DNA from: Girardia tigrina | Taxonomy: Eukaryota | DNA length: 58,886 nt | Direction of reading: 5' to 3' | Assembly: GCA_001938485.1 (NCBI GenBank) | Contig: MQRK01232061.1 | Span: 1 to 58,886, forward strand | Part shown: positions 13,559-27,073 of the stretch, piece by piece | Numbering within the stretch: position 1 is the stretch's first letter | How the letters are laid out: every line of letters starts with the position of its first letter | Program-made: the position numbers and the translations under genes | Notes under the pieces: model-generated | Database searches by the model: none | What the model saw: only the letters and a program-made list of their open reading frames with translations | Told to the model about the DNA's origin: nothing

Positions 13559-14213
13559 GGGGGGCATACTCAGAACTTTAAGTGTTCCTAGTTGATAAAA
13601 GTTTAGAATTCCAATAAAAGGCTTAAAAGATTTTTTTAAATAATTTTTCTAAACGTAGTAGCCCAAAAACAGTGACTAAACGATTAAGGATTGTTAATTC
13701 TCTTGATGAAATTATTATTATACATAATATTTTTGGACTGCAGAAATTTATATTTTAGTCCTTTAATCGGTAAAAATCAACATTTAAGGAAAAATTGCGC
13801 AACAAGGGAAACATTCCTAACAAAGTTTGACAGTTTTATTTCATTGGAATGCCGCAGGAAATGAAAAATTATAACCTCCGATGACTTTTGACTTCAGAAA
13901 CCGCGATGTCCTGAAATTGTTCAATGACATTCTTTTGTTTCCCAATCAAAGGGTCGCTCGTAAGTGATTGTTATTATATTTTCTGACTAAACTTATTACG
14001 ACTAAACTAATCCTAGAGTCAAAAATATTCATCAATAGAAAGATTCTGTTGATCATTTAGTAGATTTCAAAACTTTCGTTTTTTTATATTTTTTTGACTA
14101 AAATATTATCAGAGTTTGTGTTTTTTAGTGCTATTTTTTATGCATTTTCCAAGTCATTTGTTTAATCGAAAGTGATTAATCTATCGTCTATGTTAAGTTC
14201 TGAATATGTACTC
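13559..14213. mobile_element. Possible MITE
   Basis: Imperfect inverted pair GGGGCATACTCAGAACTT and AAGTTCTGAATATGTACTC; no TSD recognised. Confidence 0.35.
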
Positions 14214-16679
14214 TCGGGGTCCGAGTATGAGTAGATACAGCACACCAGAAAACCTATACTTTTGAATAATGTCTTTAAATATATTTGTGTAAGCCAGCTA
14301 ACGCAACTTATAATGTTGGGTGAACTTTCTAACACCATTGTTTATAATAAATGAATAGGAACGATAAAGTTTCATTAATTATAAAATAATTACCATAAAT
14401 TATCTGAAACTGATATAAAAAGTACACTACATATAATCACAAGAGTTGTGTTTCAGAGAATAAGATATAAAATAGCTTACATTTAATTAATTACATTAAT
14501 TATCGATGAGATAATTGTCGCAGACGAACAATGACGAAATTAAAATGAACTGTTTATTGAATGATTAATCAATTTGTTTATTGGAGGAATGATGTCTTCG
14601 GAATTATTAGTTAGTTGTGTTATAAGAACGATTCTTCGTTGGGAATTTTGTAGGAATTTTAAACAGACAATATCTGGGCACAAAGATTCTCTAACTTGGA
14701 ATGCCTGAACAAATCAAGCAGGAATACTTGATTCAGTATATGCAAAACCATGATGAGGATTATTCGAAATAAACGTTATCAAGATTATCAGAAGTTCTTT
14801 GTCAGGTAAAAAACGTATAATCTTAAATCATTATTATTCATTTTTGAATTTTTAAATGACCAAAATCTCTAATGAGATATTATTAAAATTATTATTATAT
14901 AATATATATATATATATTGCTCTGGGCCAACCATCTGGAGGTAGCAGCTTAGAGAATCACTCCGCCAGCGGTACTGGTCCAGAATCACACATAATATCCT
15001 TAAAATTAAATATTAAAATATAACATTTTATTGTTAAACAAATGTAAACAAGTAGATAAGGTAAATAATAACGAATACCTAAAACAAAAACATATGTGCT
15101 GAAATATTCATCATTTATAGTTTTGTTGCTAATCCTCTATCGTATGATCACAAAAAAATACAATAACATCAAACATATAAACTCCATATTTTTTTGATAA
15201 ATTAAGTAAACTTGGTATTTCCGATCATCAGAATAACTTTTAACATTGCAGAGTCATTCAGTCCATAAGAAGAGACAACAAAAACTTTATTTATAATTTT
15301 CAATCCATTCTATGTTTGTATTTCGCCAGTCGTACAGATATGGATGTGATTGAAGGAGCGGAAATCTGGACCCTCCCATGTACATTCAGTTAATAAATTA
15401 CAGCAAAGTGCCCATTCGGCGACAGGTGTGAAGTCAAGACAAGTTACAAAGCACTCAATTGAACGAAGGAGGAGAATCAATCGGAATGATGTCGTAATGG
15501 AAGTTTTAGTTTACCACTTGAATAAATGACGTAACTTACTTGATGACAACATCTTTGATGGTGTGGTGCTTGGAAAACTTGAATTAGATTCACTAATGGA
15601 CACTTTGACTAACTCTTTACAAAGAGAAACTTTTTCCTATTAAAAGAATAAATAAAATAGGATTTTCATCAGTACGTCAATCACCCAAAGTACAAAACGT
15701 AGTTTAAGGGGTAAAAAATCAAGATAAAAGGAAATACCACTTGTTTATTATTTATATTTAAATATTTAATTAATTATAAGACCTATTCTGATCGTCTTAA
15801 TTATAGTTTCAAAAGCTCATTTTACTGAACCACCTTATCAAACAATAATTGGCAGTGTGACACTCCTTGAAATGGCTACAATTTTTGATGAAATTGTTGT
15901 AAACATTTGTTGTGGGTACAATATAATATAAGTGGCCTATTCAAACCAAAAATTCAATTCTAACATTTTGAGCTACAATGACATTTCAATTATAATTGAC
16001 CGCAGGTCAGCATCAGATTTTGGTCCCGGACTTAAGTGGGCACCACGCTCAACTTACAAATGTTAGTTATTCCTTCGTCGTAATAACCCAGACTGATAAT
16101 TTCGTGACACCTAACGACTTGCAAAGTGAACTGTCACCATTCAACCGCACTAACAAATTGTTTCGCAACATTATGTAGTGACCCCTCCTGACCTTTGAAC
16201 TTAATATTACCGACTGTTACACTATTTTAAGGTATTTTAGGACATTTGGCAATAACCTTATCAGGAACTTGCGACGCCCATTTTGGAAACTACAGTCTTA
16301 AATCATTATTCGTAAATACTCCAAACTATGTTTAGTTCCTGTCATCATAAAACCCCGAAGATTTAAGAATCTGCTGTGGTACATCCAGTTTCAAAATGTA
16401 TAAAACTATATTGTCTTAACTGTTTTAAAGGCGAAAACAAATAATCCAGTCTTTAAAAATCAATTTTACAGAGGAATTTGAGAAGATAAAGGTGAACCAA
16501 CTACAATTAGATAATTTTGAATATGTTTATCAATAGTGTTAAAATGAAAATATCATATGATAATAATAATTTGATACAGTTATATTTTCAATTTTATACC
16601 AATTTTATACTTTAACTGCGAAGAAAAACCCTATTTCATGACTGTGAATAAAATTTTTTTTAATATTAAATCGAATTAC

Positions 16680-17380
16680 GTGGTGCGGTCAATAATTACC
16701 TGGCCTGACAAAGAAATCGAATTCCAAAAAGGGCCATTTTTCTAGCATAACAATATATATACATCATTTTTTAACATTATGTCCATTTCTTGTTCTGCAG
16801 ACTCCCTCCAACAAATAATCAACTCATAAAACAACTTTTTAAAAATTCTGGGGATATGCGGCGAAGAAGTCCTCCGTGACAGCCTTCAAATCGTCTTTGG
16901 ATCCAACCTGGATGACTCTCAAATGCTTTCTTATGTGCCTGAAGAGGTCAAAATCACTAGGTTCCAAATCTTGGCTGTACAGCGGATTATCCACAAGCAC
17001 TAGTCCAACACATTTAATTGTGACCTGAGAAATGCTTGCTATGCGCACGAGCACATTGTCGTGGAGAAACCATTATGGTATTTTCTTCTGCTCCCGTATA
17101 TTCTTTCTGGTTGTTGCCATGAGTTGGCTCTAATAGGCAGCGTTGATGGTGATGCCTTTATCCACGAAATCGATGAGAATAACACCTTTATTATCCATGA
17201 AAATGGAAACTATCATCGCTCGTCCATGACTTGTCCCCGTTCGCATCTTCAAACAAGGCTTCTCTGTAGGCAGTTCCGAGTCTGCTGACTCATATTTTGT
17301 TTCCGGTAAATACATACTAAGTGGAGTTTCATCCTCCGTTATTGAATTTTTCAGCAAAGTCTCACCATACTGATTTCATA
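16680..17380 (-). mobile_element. 3' half of a mariner element
   Basis: ITEDETPLSMYLPETK, GVILIDF and PLYSQDLEPSDFDLF; TIR TA|CGTGGTGCGGTCAATAATTACCTGGCCT. Confidence 0.85.
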
Positions 17381-17387
17381 GGATCCT

Positions 17388-17956
17388 TATTGGTTGTAGG
17401 CCCGTTCGCATGTTTTAATAAAAAAAAGAAAAATCGGTTTATATTGTGAGAAAAATTATCATTGATTTTATAGCTATTGTTATATACTAATTTTTGTTTA
17501 GTTATCATCTCGTTCTCTTTCTCCCATTCATTTATTCGTTTTTTGCACTTCTGAAAATAAAGTTGGCTTAGTTAATAATACAATTAATTATATTATTCTA
17601 TTGGGGATACCCGCTGAGCATTTCCAAAATTTAATAGTACATATTTAACGATTCCCAGACATAATCACCCAAAAAGCGCACATGACAGCAAATGATCTCA
17701 AAGTAGAACGGTTTAAGAATATCGGAGGTTTTTATGACAATATATGTTAGGTCATACGACCTTCACCCGCCTTTGCTACCTGCAAACTTGTATATTTAAA
17801 ATACTGCGATCATATTGGTCAGCGATCTTTTTTTCAGAAAAAAATTAGACATCATCCTTCTTCAAGTATGAAGGTTTTGGGGAAATCTTGTTTTTGCATG
17901 TGGTCCTAAGGTCTCCAAATGCATAGCGATCAGACAAACAGACATTTCATTTTATA
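17388..17956 (-). mobile_element. Older Helitron-like element abutting the previous one
   Basis: 5'-like TATAAAATGAAATGTCTGTTTGTCTG, similar to the neighbour's 5' end; decayed 3'-like GCGAACGGGCCTACAACCAA. Confidence 0.45.
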
Positions 17957-18274
17957 CTAGTGAAGGTACCCGCCTTGCATTTAAAAAATCTGATAGTACG
18001 TCTTTAACTTTAATGTGATTGTCTCAAAGTAGATCGAACGCGTTAATAATAGATGAGTGTTCAGATGGCTCTCGGCCGCCGTTCTTATTGACATTTTTAC
18101 AAATATTGAAATACTGCAATCCCATTGGCTTGTAATGTTATATTTTTTGGAAAACAATTGACGTCGACCTTCCCCTGCATATGGAAATGTATGTTGAATG
18201 TTTGATTGAATTGGTCGTACCATTTCCAAACACATAACAAGCAGATAAACAGACATTATTCTTTATATATAAGA
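17957..18274 (-). mobile_element. Non-autonomous Helitron (318 bp)
   Basis: Minus strand reads A|TCTTATATATAAAG...GCAAGGCGGGTACCTTCACTAG|T. Confidence 0.75.
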
Positions 18275-18630
18275 TTTGTTGAAATATTTTAATATAATTT
18301 TAAATATTAATATCAAAGTACTTACAAAAAGTAGGATAAATAGTTTTTGTAATTTTCTGAAATATTAACTTTTTAAATAAATTATTAAATATATTTTAAT
18401 ATACTTTATAATTTTTGTATTTATCACTGATTTTTAATTATTTGATTGTTTTATCAAATATCTTCTAAAAAATTATATAACATAAAATAATATTTTAAAA
18501 TTATTTGAATCATTGATTTTTTTGTTGAAATAACTTTAAAAATAAAATAAATTAATATTTTGATATATTTTATTATTTTAAAATAATATTGATAATGTAA
18601 AACATTATTTTAAAAATGAAATATTAACTG

Positions 18631-19150
18631 TCCGTCTACCAGGCGGCTTCATTGGAATATATTGCAATGTTCAATAATTTTTTCACCCTAAATATTCATT
18701 GACATTTTTGAGACATCTCAACATATTCTATAATGTACAAACGTTTTTATATTAATAAATTTATTTAGTAAACGAAACCAGCTTATTTATTTGTTAATTT
18801 AACTAAAGATAAAATGAATCATAATGGCAAGTAATGAATATAAATTTTTTTCGGTATACGGAAGAGTAAATACTAAAATTTGAGAGCTCATTCTGCCTTC
18901 TGTTTTACTTCTAAAGATTTTCAATGTTTTTGTTAATTTTTGTGAACAAGGTGCTCAATTGCTCGATCGGCTTATCAGATTTTTTCAACAATGAATATTG
19001 TAATTCAAGTGGTAATCAAAATTTCATTCGCATTAGCATATTCAAAAATCGCTATTTGTTCTATTCTATTGTATCCCAAATTATAAAACAATAGTTTTTT
19101 CGACATTTGAAATTACTTCAATCTGATTGGTAGAATGGAAAACTTGGAGT
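18631..19150 (+). repeat. Dispersed repeat, second copy at ~56742-57865
   Basis: Collinear similarity: TCCGTCT.CCA.GCG.CTT.ATTGGA..., TTTGAGAGCT.A..CTGCCTTCT, CCAAA.TTATAAAAC.ATAGTTTTT. Confidence 0.75.
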
Positions 19151-19472
19151 TGTCTCCAGGAACATTATATGTTTCAGAAAACCTTGACATCTATTTCCCA
19201 GTGGTATTGAAAAAGGTTTGCAGAAAGTTTGGTTGAATTTAGTAATACCATCCTTAAACGCATAGCGGATACACAAAAGTGTAAACAGAATTTAAAAAAT
19301 CGGAAATTTTACTTGGGATAAATTTTTTTTTCCAAAGAAGGTTGACGTTGACCTTCTGCTGAGTATGAAGAAGGTTTGTAGAAAGTTAAATTGCATCATC
19401 TTAATATAGAAGACATGAAGTCACATTGAAATCTCATTATAATTTAGTTTTAATACTTACATTACATATTAT

Positions 19473-19810
19473 TAGGGCCCACAATTTACCGGGGCCAGCA
19501 ACGACAAATTACTTGGCATACCACAGTATATTGTGTGTCACCCTGGAAACTTATACAATCAAATAATAATACTGTAAATAAAAATTTATATTCCTTTTTC
19601 TATTCTTATTTCTATTCATTAATCAATCACATTAAATATGTAAAAAAATATATTAAAACATTCACAATTTATTTATTTTTATTAATATTTTAATAATTTC
19701 CATATCAATTTCCATAATAATTTCTTCTGCAGTTTAGCACAATCTGCGACGTGGTGTTTCTTTTTCTCAAAACCATGAATTCCGCGGGCCGCGGTAAATC
19801 GTGAGCTCTA
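19473..19810. mobile_element. hAT-type MITE
   Basis: TIRs TAGGGCCCACAATTTACCG and TAGAGCTCACGATTTACCG (rc); 8-bp TSD CATATTAT/CATATTAG. Confidence 0.85.
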
Positions 19811-20139
19811 CATATTAGTGTCAACTGGACGGTTATCTTCCTGTCCTACACCCAAACTTTTTCTAACATAGAATCAGTTTCGTTTCATAAAATTTTCAAT
19901 TGAAAGAGAAAATTCGATTTTATTTGATTGTTCCCTCAATATACTATATGACATGTCTTGTTTTCTTTCCGCTCCGAACATAAACATTTTACAAGATCTT
20001 CTTCAAGTCCAAGAAAGAATGGTATTCTGTCAGATCCGACTTTAAATGTTGAAGATTGAATTGCATAATTGCATAACTTTTCTTCCATTTTTTTCCAATC
20101 ACGCACCATTTTATTCTATTTTGTTTATCTTAATAATTA

Positions 20140-22277
20140 CAGGATGATCACAAAGTAACTACCTGGTTTTAAACTGCAATAACTTCTTTTGGCAAGACAT
20201 TATTAAAAAATGGTTTTAAATAACAAAAAAGTATTTATTAAAATTTAATAATATTTGTAAAAAACCAGATTATTCCAACATTGAATACACAAAAAAAGTA
20301 TGGTTCAAACAGTATTCGAATAGCCTGTTTTTTTATCGATAAATATATGAAGAAAGTTAAAAACGCTAAATGATGTCAACACAATATATTGATAATACAA
20401 TTCAACTATAATTGTAAAACCTTCAAATAAAATAGTAACCTCACGTCAAAGTATGATTCCTGCTTTGTGTCAAATAATAAACCAATTATATATATATTGT
20501 TTGTACAAAATAAGGGATGAAATCCGTAACTGTAACAAAACTGTTTCAGTGGGAAAGATACAACAGCACCGTAAGATTCTTGGATAGTATAGTTTAAATG
20601 GTATAAATGTATCACGCTTGATGCAACAAATTGACTATTAATAATAATGAGTTCGTCGTCGTATAAATATTTTTGAGAATGAATAATAATTTCGCATCAT
20701 AAAATAATCATAAATTTAATTTTTGATCGATTTATTGACCAACAAATTAAATTCAAAAAATGCTAATGGCAATTTATTATTAAATTATTATAATTTGGAA
20801 TTTTCTTTCTGTGTCTTTTTCCTTGCTTCTCTCTGACTTCCACTGACATATTTTTCTTCCATGTTCTTACAATCTCTTTGTAAATAAAAAAATATAACGC
20901 ATAAAAAATGTAAATAAAAAAACACATGTGGATAAAAAATTGTCACAGACCAAAACAACTAAAAAATGAATGTCCACGCAAGGAATTATTTGTGTTTCAC
21001 ACAAGACGAAAGAAATAAAACCAGTATAAAAAACTTCCAAATGAACATAAACATCATTCGAATGCCATGATATTACAATATTCAACAGAATAACCATCGA
21101 CACCAATACACTGTTTAAGGCATCCATGAAAATACTTAATGTCATTTTGGCACATTTCACCATCTATTTTTGCCACTTCTTGAAAAATAAAATCTTTAAG
21201 TTGCTGAATTGTTTCTGGTTTTCTCTCATACACTTCATTCTTCAAATACCCCCACACAAAAAATCGAGTGGTGTCAAATCAGGTGACCTGGCCGGCCATA
21301 TATATGGACCACATCGTCCCACCCAACGTTGTGGAAACGCTTCATCCAGAAATTGTCGCACAATCAGTGAATAATGGGCAGGTGCTCCATCTTGCTGGAA
21401 CACAGCTTTCCGTTTGCATGTTCTTGATAACGATGGCATAAAGCAACTTTTTAACATATCCAGGTAAAGCGCCGCTGTTATGTTTCCTTCAATAAAAAAG
21501 GGCCCATAAACACGAGTTGAAGACAACTCCATCCAAACATTAACTTTTTCACTAGCCTGTGACCTCTGATATGTTTCAATTGGTGTTTCAGTGCCCCAAA
21601 TGCGACAGTTATGTCTGTTTACAATACCGTTAAGAGAGAAAGCTGACTCATCAGAGAATATCAGGTTACTAAGAAAATTTTCATCTGCATCTATCGATTG
21701 AATTAATGTTTCCCACATAACACGTCTTAGAGTGCAATCTTCTTCATACAAAAGTTGCGTGGCTTGAATTCTGTAGGGAAACATTTAAAAGTCGTTTCGT
21801 GATACTTTTTGAACAGTTCCATAAAAGCAATTCAGAGTTGACAACGATTTCCTGATAGAAGACTGGGGTTCTTGCTTTAAATTTTCTGCTCTCTCATTTT
21901 CTTTTCATCATCAATTGGTGGTGTTCTAGATTTTGGGGCATTTAGAACGCTTCCTTTTTCTTCAAACTTTTTGAAGATGCTTATAATACTTTTTTTCGGT
22001 TGGAATATTTTTCCATTTAATTCGTTGAAGTTCTCTTCTTACTAAAGTTACTGACTCATGCTTCACAAATAAAATAACAATTTTTACACGCTGATTTACA
22101 TCCATTTTGAATCTTACGCTTAAAATAATAACAAAAATTAATACATTTAAACAAAATGTACTTTTAATTAAATTTTAAAGAATAAGCTTCAAGATGCCTT
22201 TATAATTAAAAAGAAATACAATACAATTCAAAAGTTATTGCAGTTTAAAACCCGGTAGTTACTTTATGATCACCCTG
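20140..22277 (-). mobile_element. Full-length DD41D (rosa/Visitor) Tc1/mariner; frameshifted transposase 22105..21054
   Basis: ~46-bp TIRs CAGG(A/G)TGATCA(C/T)AAAGTAACTACC..., TA TSDs; IFSDES and QQD-41aa-D (WPARSPDLTPLD), WGYLKNEVY. Confidence 0.93.
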
Positions 22278-22359
22278 TATATTATATATATATAAACGAT
22301 ATATAATTGATTTAACATAGTCAAAAAGGAGGAAACAACTTTTGAGTAACCATTTACTA

Positions 22360-23651
22360 TTAGGGTGAACCAAAAGTCCTTTCGTATTTTCTACGTCTTT
22401 TTGTTCAATTGTTTCTTATTACCAAATAAAGATATTTTATATACATGTGTTATATGTTTTTAAAGTTCTTGAACTGCTCTATCACAATATATATATTAAA
22501 ACTTCTAATTAGTAGTTAATATAATTTTTATGGTCTTTTAGAAAAATCATGGAAAATTTTTAAATTCGTGTTCTTTTACGCCATTACTGGAAACATGACT
22601 TAAATGCAACTGCAGCAACAAAGAAGATATGCGAAGCTGAAGGCCATAATGTGGCCTCAAATCGTACTGCACAAAATTGGTTCAAAAGGTTCAACGAAGG
22701 CGACATTGACCTCCGAGACATTGCAAGTTCAGGCCGACCTATCATCGTAGATTCCAGAGCAATTCGTGAAGCCGTCGAGACAAATCCGTCAATTGTCGCT
22801 CGCCGTCAATTCCAACTCGCAGATTGTCAGCCGAACTCGATATTCCTCAAACATCCATTGTGCGACACCTTCACGCTCTTGGCAAGGTCAATAGACGATG
22901 TCGAGAAGTGCATCATGAATTGACACAAATTCAAGCCGAAAAGCGTTTCGAAACTTATCAAAAATTGCTTGAAAATCCGCGCGATGACCGTTTCATCCGT
23001 CGAATTGTAACTTTCGATGAAAAGTTGGTTTACTTCAGTAATCCAGACCAATAAAATCAATGGTTGGACCCCGGACAAATGTCGAAACCGGTAGCGAAAC
23101 GAGATCGTTTCTCAAGGAAGGCACTTTTGTGTGTTTGGTGGAATTTCGAAGGCGTGATTCACTTCGAGCTGGTTCCAAATGGTCGTACTATCGACGCTGA
23201 CTTTTACTGCATCCAACTTGATCAAATGTATGCGGCACTTGGCGAGAAATACCCCGCTTTGATCAATCGAAAGCGAGTTCTTCTACAACAGGACAATGCA
23301 AAACTGCACACCGCCAAACAAACAAAGGAAAAAATCAAAAATCTCGACGCCTTTGAACTTCTTCCACACCCAGCGTATAGTCCGGATCTTGCGCAATCCG
23401 ACTATCACCTTTTTCGCTCTATGGCACACTTTCTTCAATAATCTGGCCGAGGTCGAAAACGGGTGTCACCAGTTCTTCGCTTCTAAGAACAACGATTGGT
23501 ACCGCAGAGGGATCGCACAACTTGCCCATAGATGGGTTCAAGCTATCGATTCAAATGGCTTTTACTTTGAAACTTAAATGTTTTTTATTTGTTGTAAAAT
23601 TATGTTAAAATTTTTAATAAAAAATACGAAAAGACTTTTGGTTCCCCCTAA
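22360..23651 (+). mobile_element. Full-length mariner (1292 bp); transposase pseudogene 22549..23577 with DD35D spacing
   Basis: TIRs TTAGGGTGAACCAAAAGTC.TTTCGTATTTT, TA TSDs; RIVTFDEK, QQDNA and HPAYSPDLAQSDY; stops and frameshifts. Confidence 0.95.
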
Positions 23652-23799
23652 TAAATTAAATATTATGAAAACAACAGTTCTAATTTTTTTAACAAAAACA
23701 AAGAAAAATTAGCAATATTTATTTTGAATTCTTTATATCAAAAATGAAACTCTTCTTACGTTTTTAATAAATACATAATTATGAAGATTCAATGAGATG

Positions 23800-24800
23800 A
23801 ATGAGCCTGAAAATAATCGATTAAAACATCCATTCTGGAGGAAATGTTCGAGATTGCTCCTCTTAGTTCATCTTCGATATTCAAACGCAAGCGAAATTTA
23901 TTTTTTAAAAATGCTAATTTTGAAAATTACAATTCCCAAAGATGTCAAAGCAAAAGGTAATAAGATGACAATTTCATATTCTCCCCTACTTCAAAACAAA
24001 ATGTTCCCTTTGTTCTGTCCTTTTATTTTGATTTTAATAATGTGTCGTTGACCATGTATATCAGTCAATCCTGATTACTGATGTCCAGATTAGTCGTTTT
24101 CACATCTACTATGAAAGAATTCAGTATCCAGTTGTTCTCATTATGTTTCAGATAGTGAAATGTTGTGGAAAACCTTTTATGAAGTACTTCTGAATGTGAT
24201 ACTATTATCACATCAACAACAGCTTTACTAACATCAGAGATGTTAATAAATTCTTTAAAGCAGGGAAGTATTTCTTTTGCTTCGTATTGCTTTTTCCAAG
24301 ACGTAATCTTATTTTAAAATCTATTCATTGCATTACCCATGGTTAAAATATCGCTATTTTTCACTTGGAGTAATGTATTAAGTTCATTTATTTTATCATA
24401 AATATCGAGAAGGTAACATAAAATTAAAGTTCATTTTTTGTTCAAATCTTTTTCAGCAGGAAAATGTTTATGCTCTTAAAAAAAGATGAAGTCTATCTTT
24501 CAAGTCGAAACCCGACGAAGTATTCTTCCTCTTGAAACTCATCTAACTTCGATATGAAAAGGCAAACTATAATATTCGTTACCCATTTCATTGCAGAAAA
24601 GAGAAAATAACTTGCTTTTGAAAGGTCGAGATTTGATAAAATTTAAATCTTTAATGACATCGTTTAAAACTGCATTTACTTCCAGTTCCAATTTTTGGCT
24701 GCCAAATTTTCACGATGAATGATACAAAGTGTGAATTCAACATGAGGGTCAATATTTAAAACATTTACTTTGAATCCGATTCTATTTCCAACCATTGGAC
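23800..24800 (-). mobile_element. hAT (Buster/Charlie/SCAND3-like) transposase relic
   Basis: CIIHRENLAAK, FIKSRPFKSKLFSLFCNEMG and PFHIEVR*VSRG (a decayed LLFHTEVRWLSRG motif). Confidence 0.8.
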
Positions 24801-25639
24801 CACTTGGTCCACATCATCACTGCGCAAACGGAATAATTGAACATTAGTTTGGAGCCTTTCTAGGTCGTAAAGGCGAATATTCATGACAAGGTAATATCAT
24901 GCTGGTTAAAATAGAACACAATATGAGCAAGCATACAAGATTTCTTGTAAAAGATATTAGTTGATAAAGAAATCAGGTCCCACAATTAACAGGAATATAG
25001 AATTGTTGAAACCTTGTAAAAGGGTGGATAGTACGATAATTAGATTTTTATGATTATTTATAATAAAATATTTATATTTATATTTATACATGTATAACAT
25101 AATAATAGATCAAAGTTGAGCAAAATCTGCTAATTTTCAAATTATTTTATATGACTATTATATTTAAAATAAATGTTGGGAAATCCTCACAACCATAATT
25201 ATTTATTTTGATTCTACGTATGGGCTAGTGATTTTATGATAATTGCGTTCTGTCAAGCCTCATTTGTGAATCACGATAGTTATACGTTACGCAAATTATT
25301 TTTCATAAACTTAAATGGTTTACTAGTTTTTGAACCGGCGTTGTCTTATTTCTAAACACTATGGGATGGTCTAAGTGCAGGTAGTATTAATTCTTTTTAG
25401 ATGCAGTAATTGACAAAGAGAAATGGAAATATATTGAATAAAACAATTTGAATATTTGATTACAATGACGAAAATGTATATTCAATTCAGAGATTGGAAA
25501 TATTAACCCGAATGTTATCCCATAATACTTTCCTTTTAAATGAGACCAGTATATTAAAGTATGCTATCACGTTTCTATCTTTAATTCGATTGAATATTCA
25601 TTTTTAGAGCGCTGATTTTTACATTGTTTTGCTACGTAG

Positions 25640-25860
25640 TAACACTGTATTTGAATACACTATTGAAGTTTCGCATGGTTTCTGATGCTGAGGTTCTACG
25701 TAGGAACTCATACTTTATAATAGTATAAATTTCCGCCATTTAACATTTTTTAAATTCTGATTACTATAACAAGTTATCAATAATTTTAATTAATTTTTAT
25801 TAATGTGTTCAACAGACAAGATTTGTAGCAATCAAAAAATTAATATTTAGATTTGTAGAA
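25640..25860 (-). mobile_element. Short mariner 5' fragment of the same family as 34340-35545
   Basis: Shares GTTTCGCATGGTTTCTGATGCTGAG and flanking sequence with 35250-35450. Confidence 0.7.
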
Positions 25861-26324
25861 GACGAGTTAAAGGCTTTGAACGTCTACTGAGAGGGCTAAC
25901 ACACACGTTTCCATACCGAAAAAAAATAGAAAACAATGTTGTTAACGGTGCAGAATGGTTTCGTAACGTGATACCATCGAAGATCCCACCAAAGTAAGGA
26001 TTAGGGACTTATCCTTAGATTGTACTGAGTGAAATAATAAGAAACATCTTAAACACAGGTAAATATTCAATATGAAATCACGCTAGCATAAATTGGATAT
26101 TTTTCGACCAAAATATACTAATCTATTATTAACATAGCAAGAAAGTTTTTTCCGTTACTCTCCACTTCTAAATAAGAAAGAAAATTACTATTCTAATGCT
26201 ATTTTTTGTTAATTCATGTTTATAAATATCTTTTGGCACAAAAATCAATCGATATATATATATATATATATATANNNNNNNNNNNNNNNNNNNNNNNNNN
26301 NNNNNNNNNNNNNNNNNNNNNNNN

Positions 26325-26780
26325 GGAACGACTGCAGCTGAAACCTATAGGAAGTTGTTCAATGCCTTCCCTGATGATTGCCCAACGGAACGCACAATAA
26401 GAAACTGGTTCTCTGATTTTACCTCAGGCAAGCGGCTATCGTTTGACGATCACCCAGGAAGTGGACGTCCTTCAGCAACAACAACTGATGATTTGCTTGA
26501 AAAAGTTAGTAACATAATTGAGCAGGATGAAAGAATGTCTTTAAGACACATAAGTGAAATGTTTGATGTCAACAAAGTATCAATAAGGACAATCCTCCAT
26601 GAAAATTTGAACAGGAAAAAGATTTTGAGCATCTGGGTGCCTCATCAACTGGCTGATGATCACAAACGACAACGTATTGAATCCTCAAGAAATTTTTTAC
26701 AACTTGTGCAACAATATGGGAAAGAATACTTGATGAAACGATAATAACAGTTGATAAAACGTGGATATCATTTTCCCCTA
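26325..26780 (+). mobile_element. Mariner transposase N-terminal fragment
   Basis: PTERTIRNWFSDF...DDHPGSGRP...IWVPHQL in ORF 26355..26744; bounded by a gap. Confidence 0.85.
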
Positions 26781-27073
26781 AAAATAATTTTTTATAACAA
26801 ATTTACTTGACTCCTTGGTTTTTGTTTTTGTTAAGAGAATTTTTTGGGCAAACTAAACTAAATTTGCTGCTGTTTATATATCAGTTTTCATCAGCCTTGA
26901 AAATTGATAAAATAAAACAAGGACTAAAATATTTTTAATTTTAAATTCCAAATTTTGTTAAACTAAATATTATTTTGTTTGAAATTAATAATTTTACCAA
27001 AAGAATTATTTTAAATTTTTTCTACATCAAATTTTATCAAAAGTGTTCACATGTATTTTTCGAAACCCTAACA

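Noticed and set aside
12430-16600. Possible host exons in moderately complex sequence
   Set aside because: There are no sustained ORFs, consistent splice chains or recognisable domains; it is probably old repeat debris.
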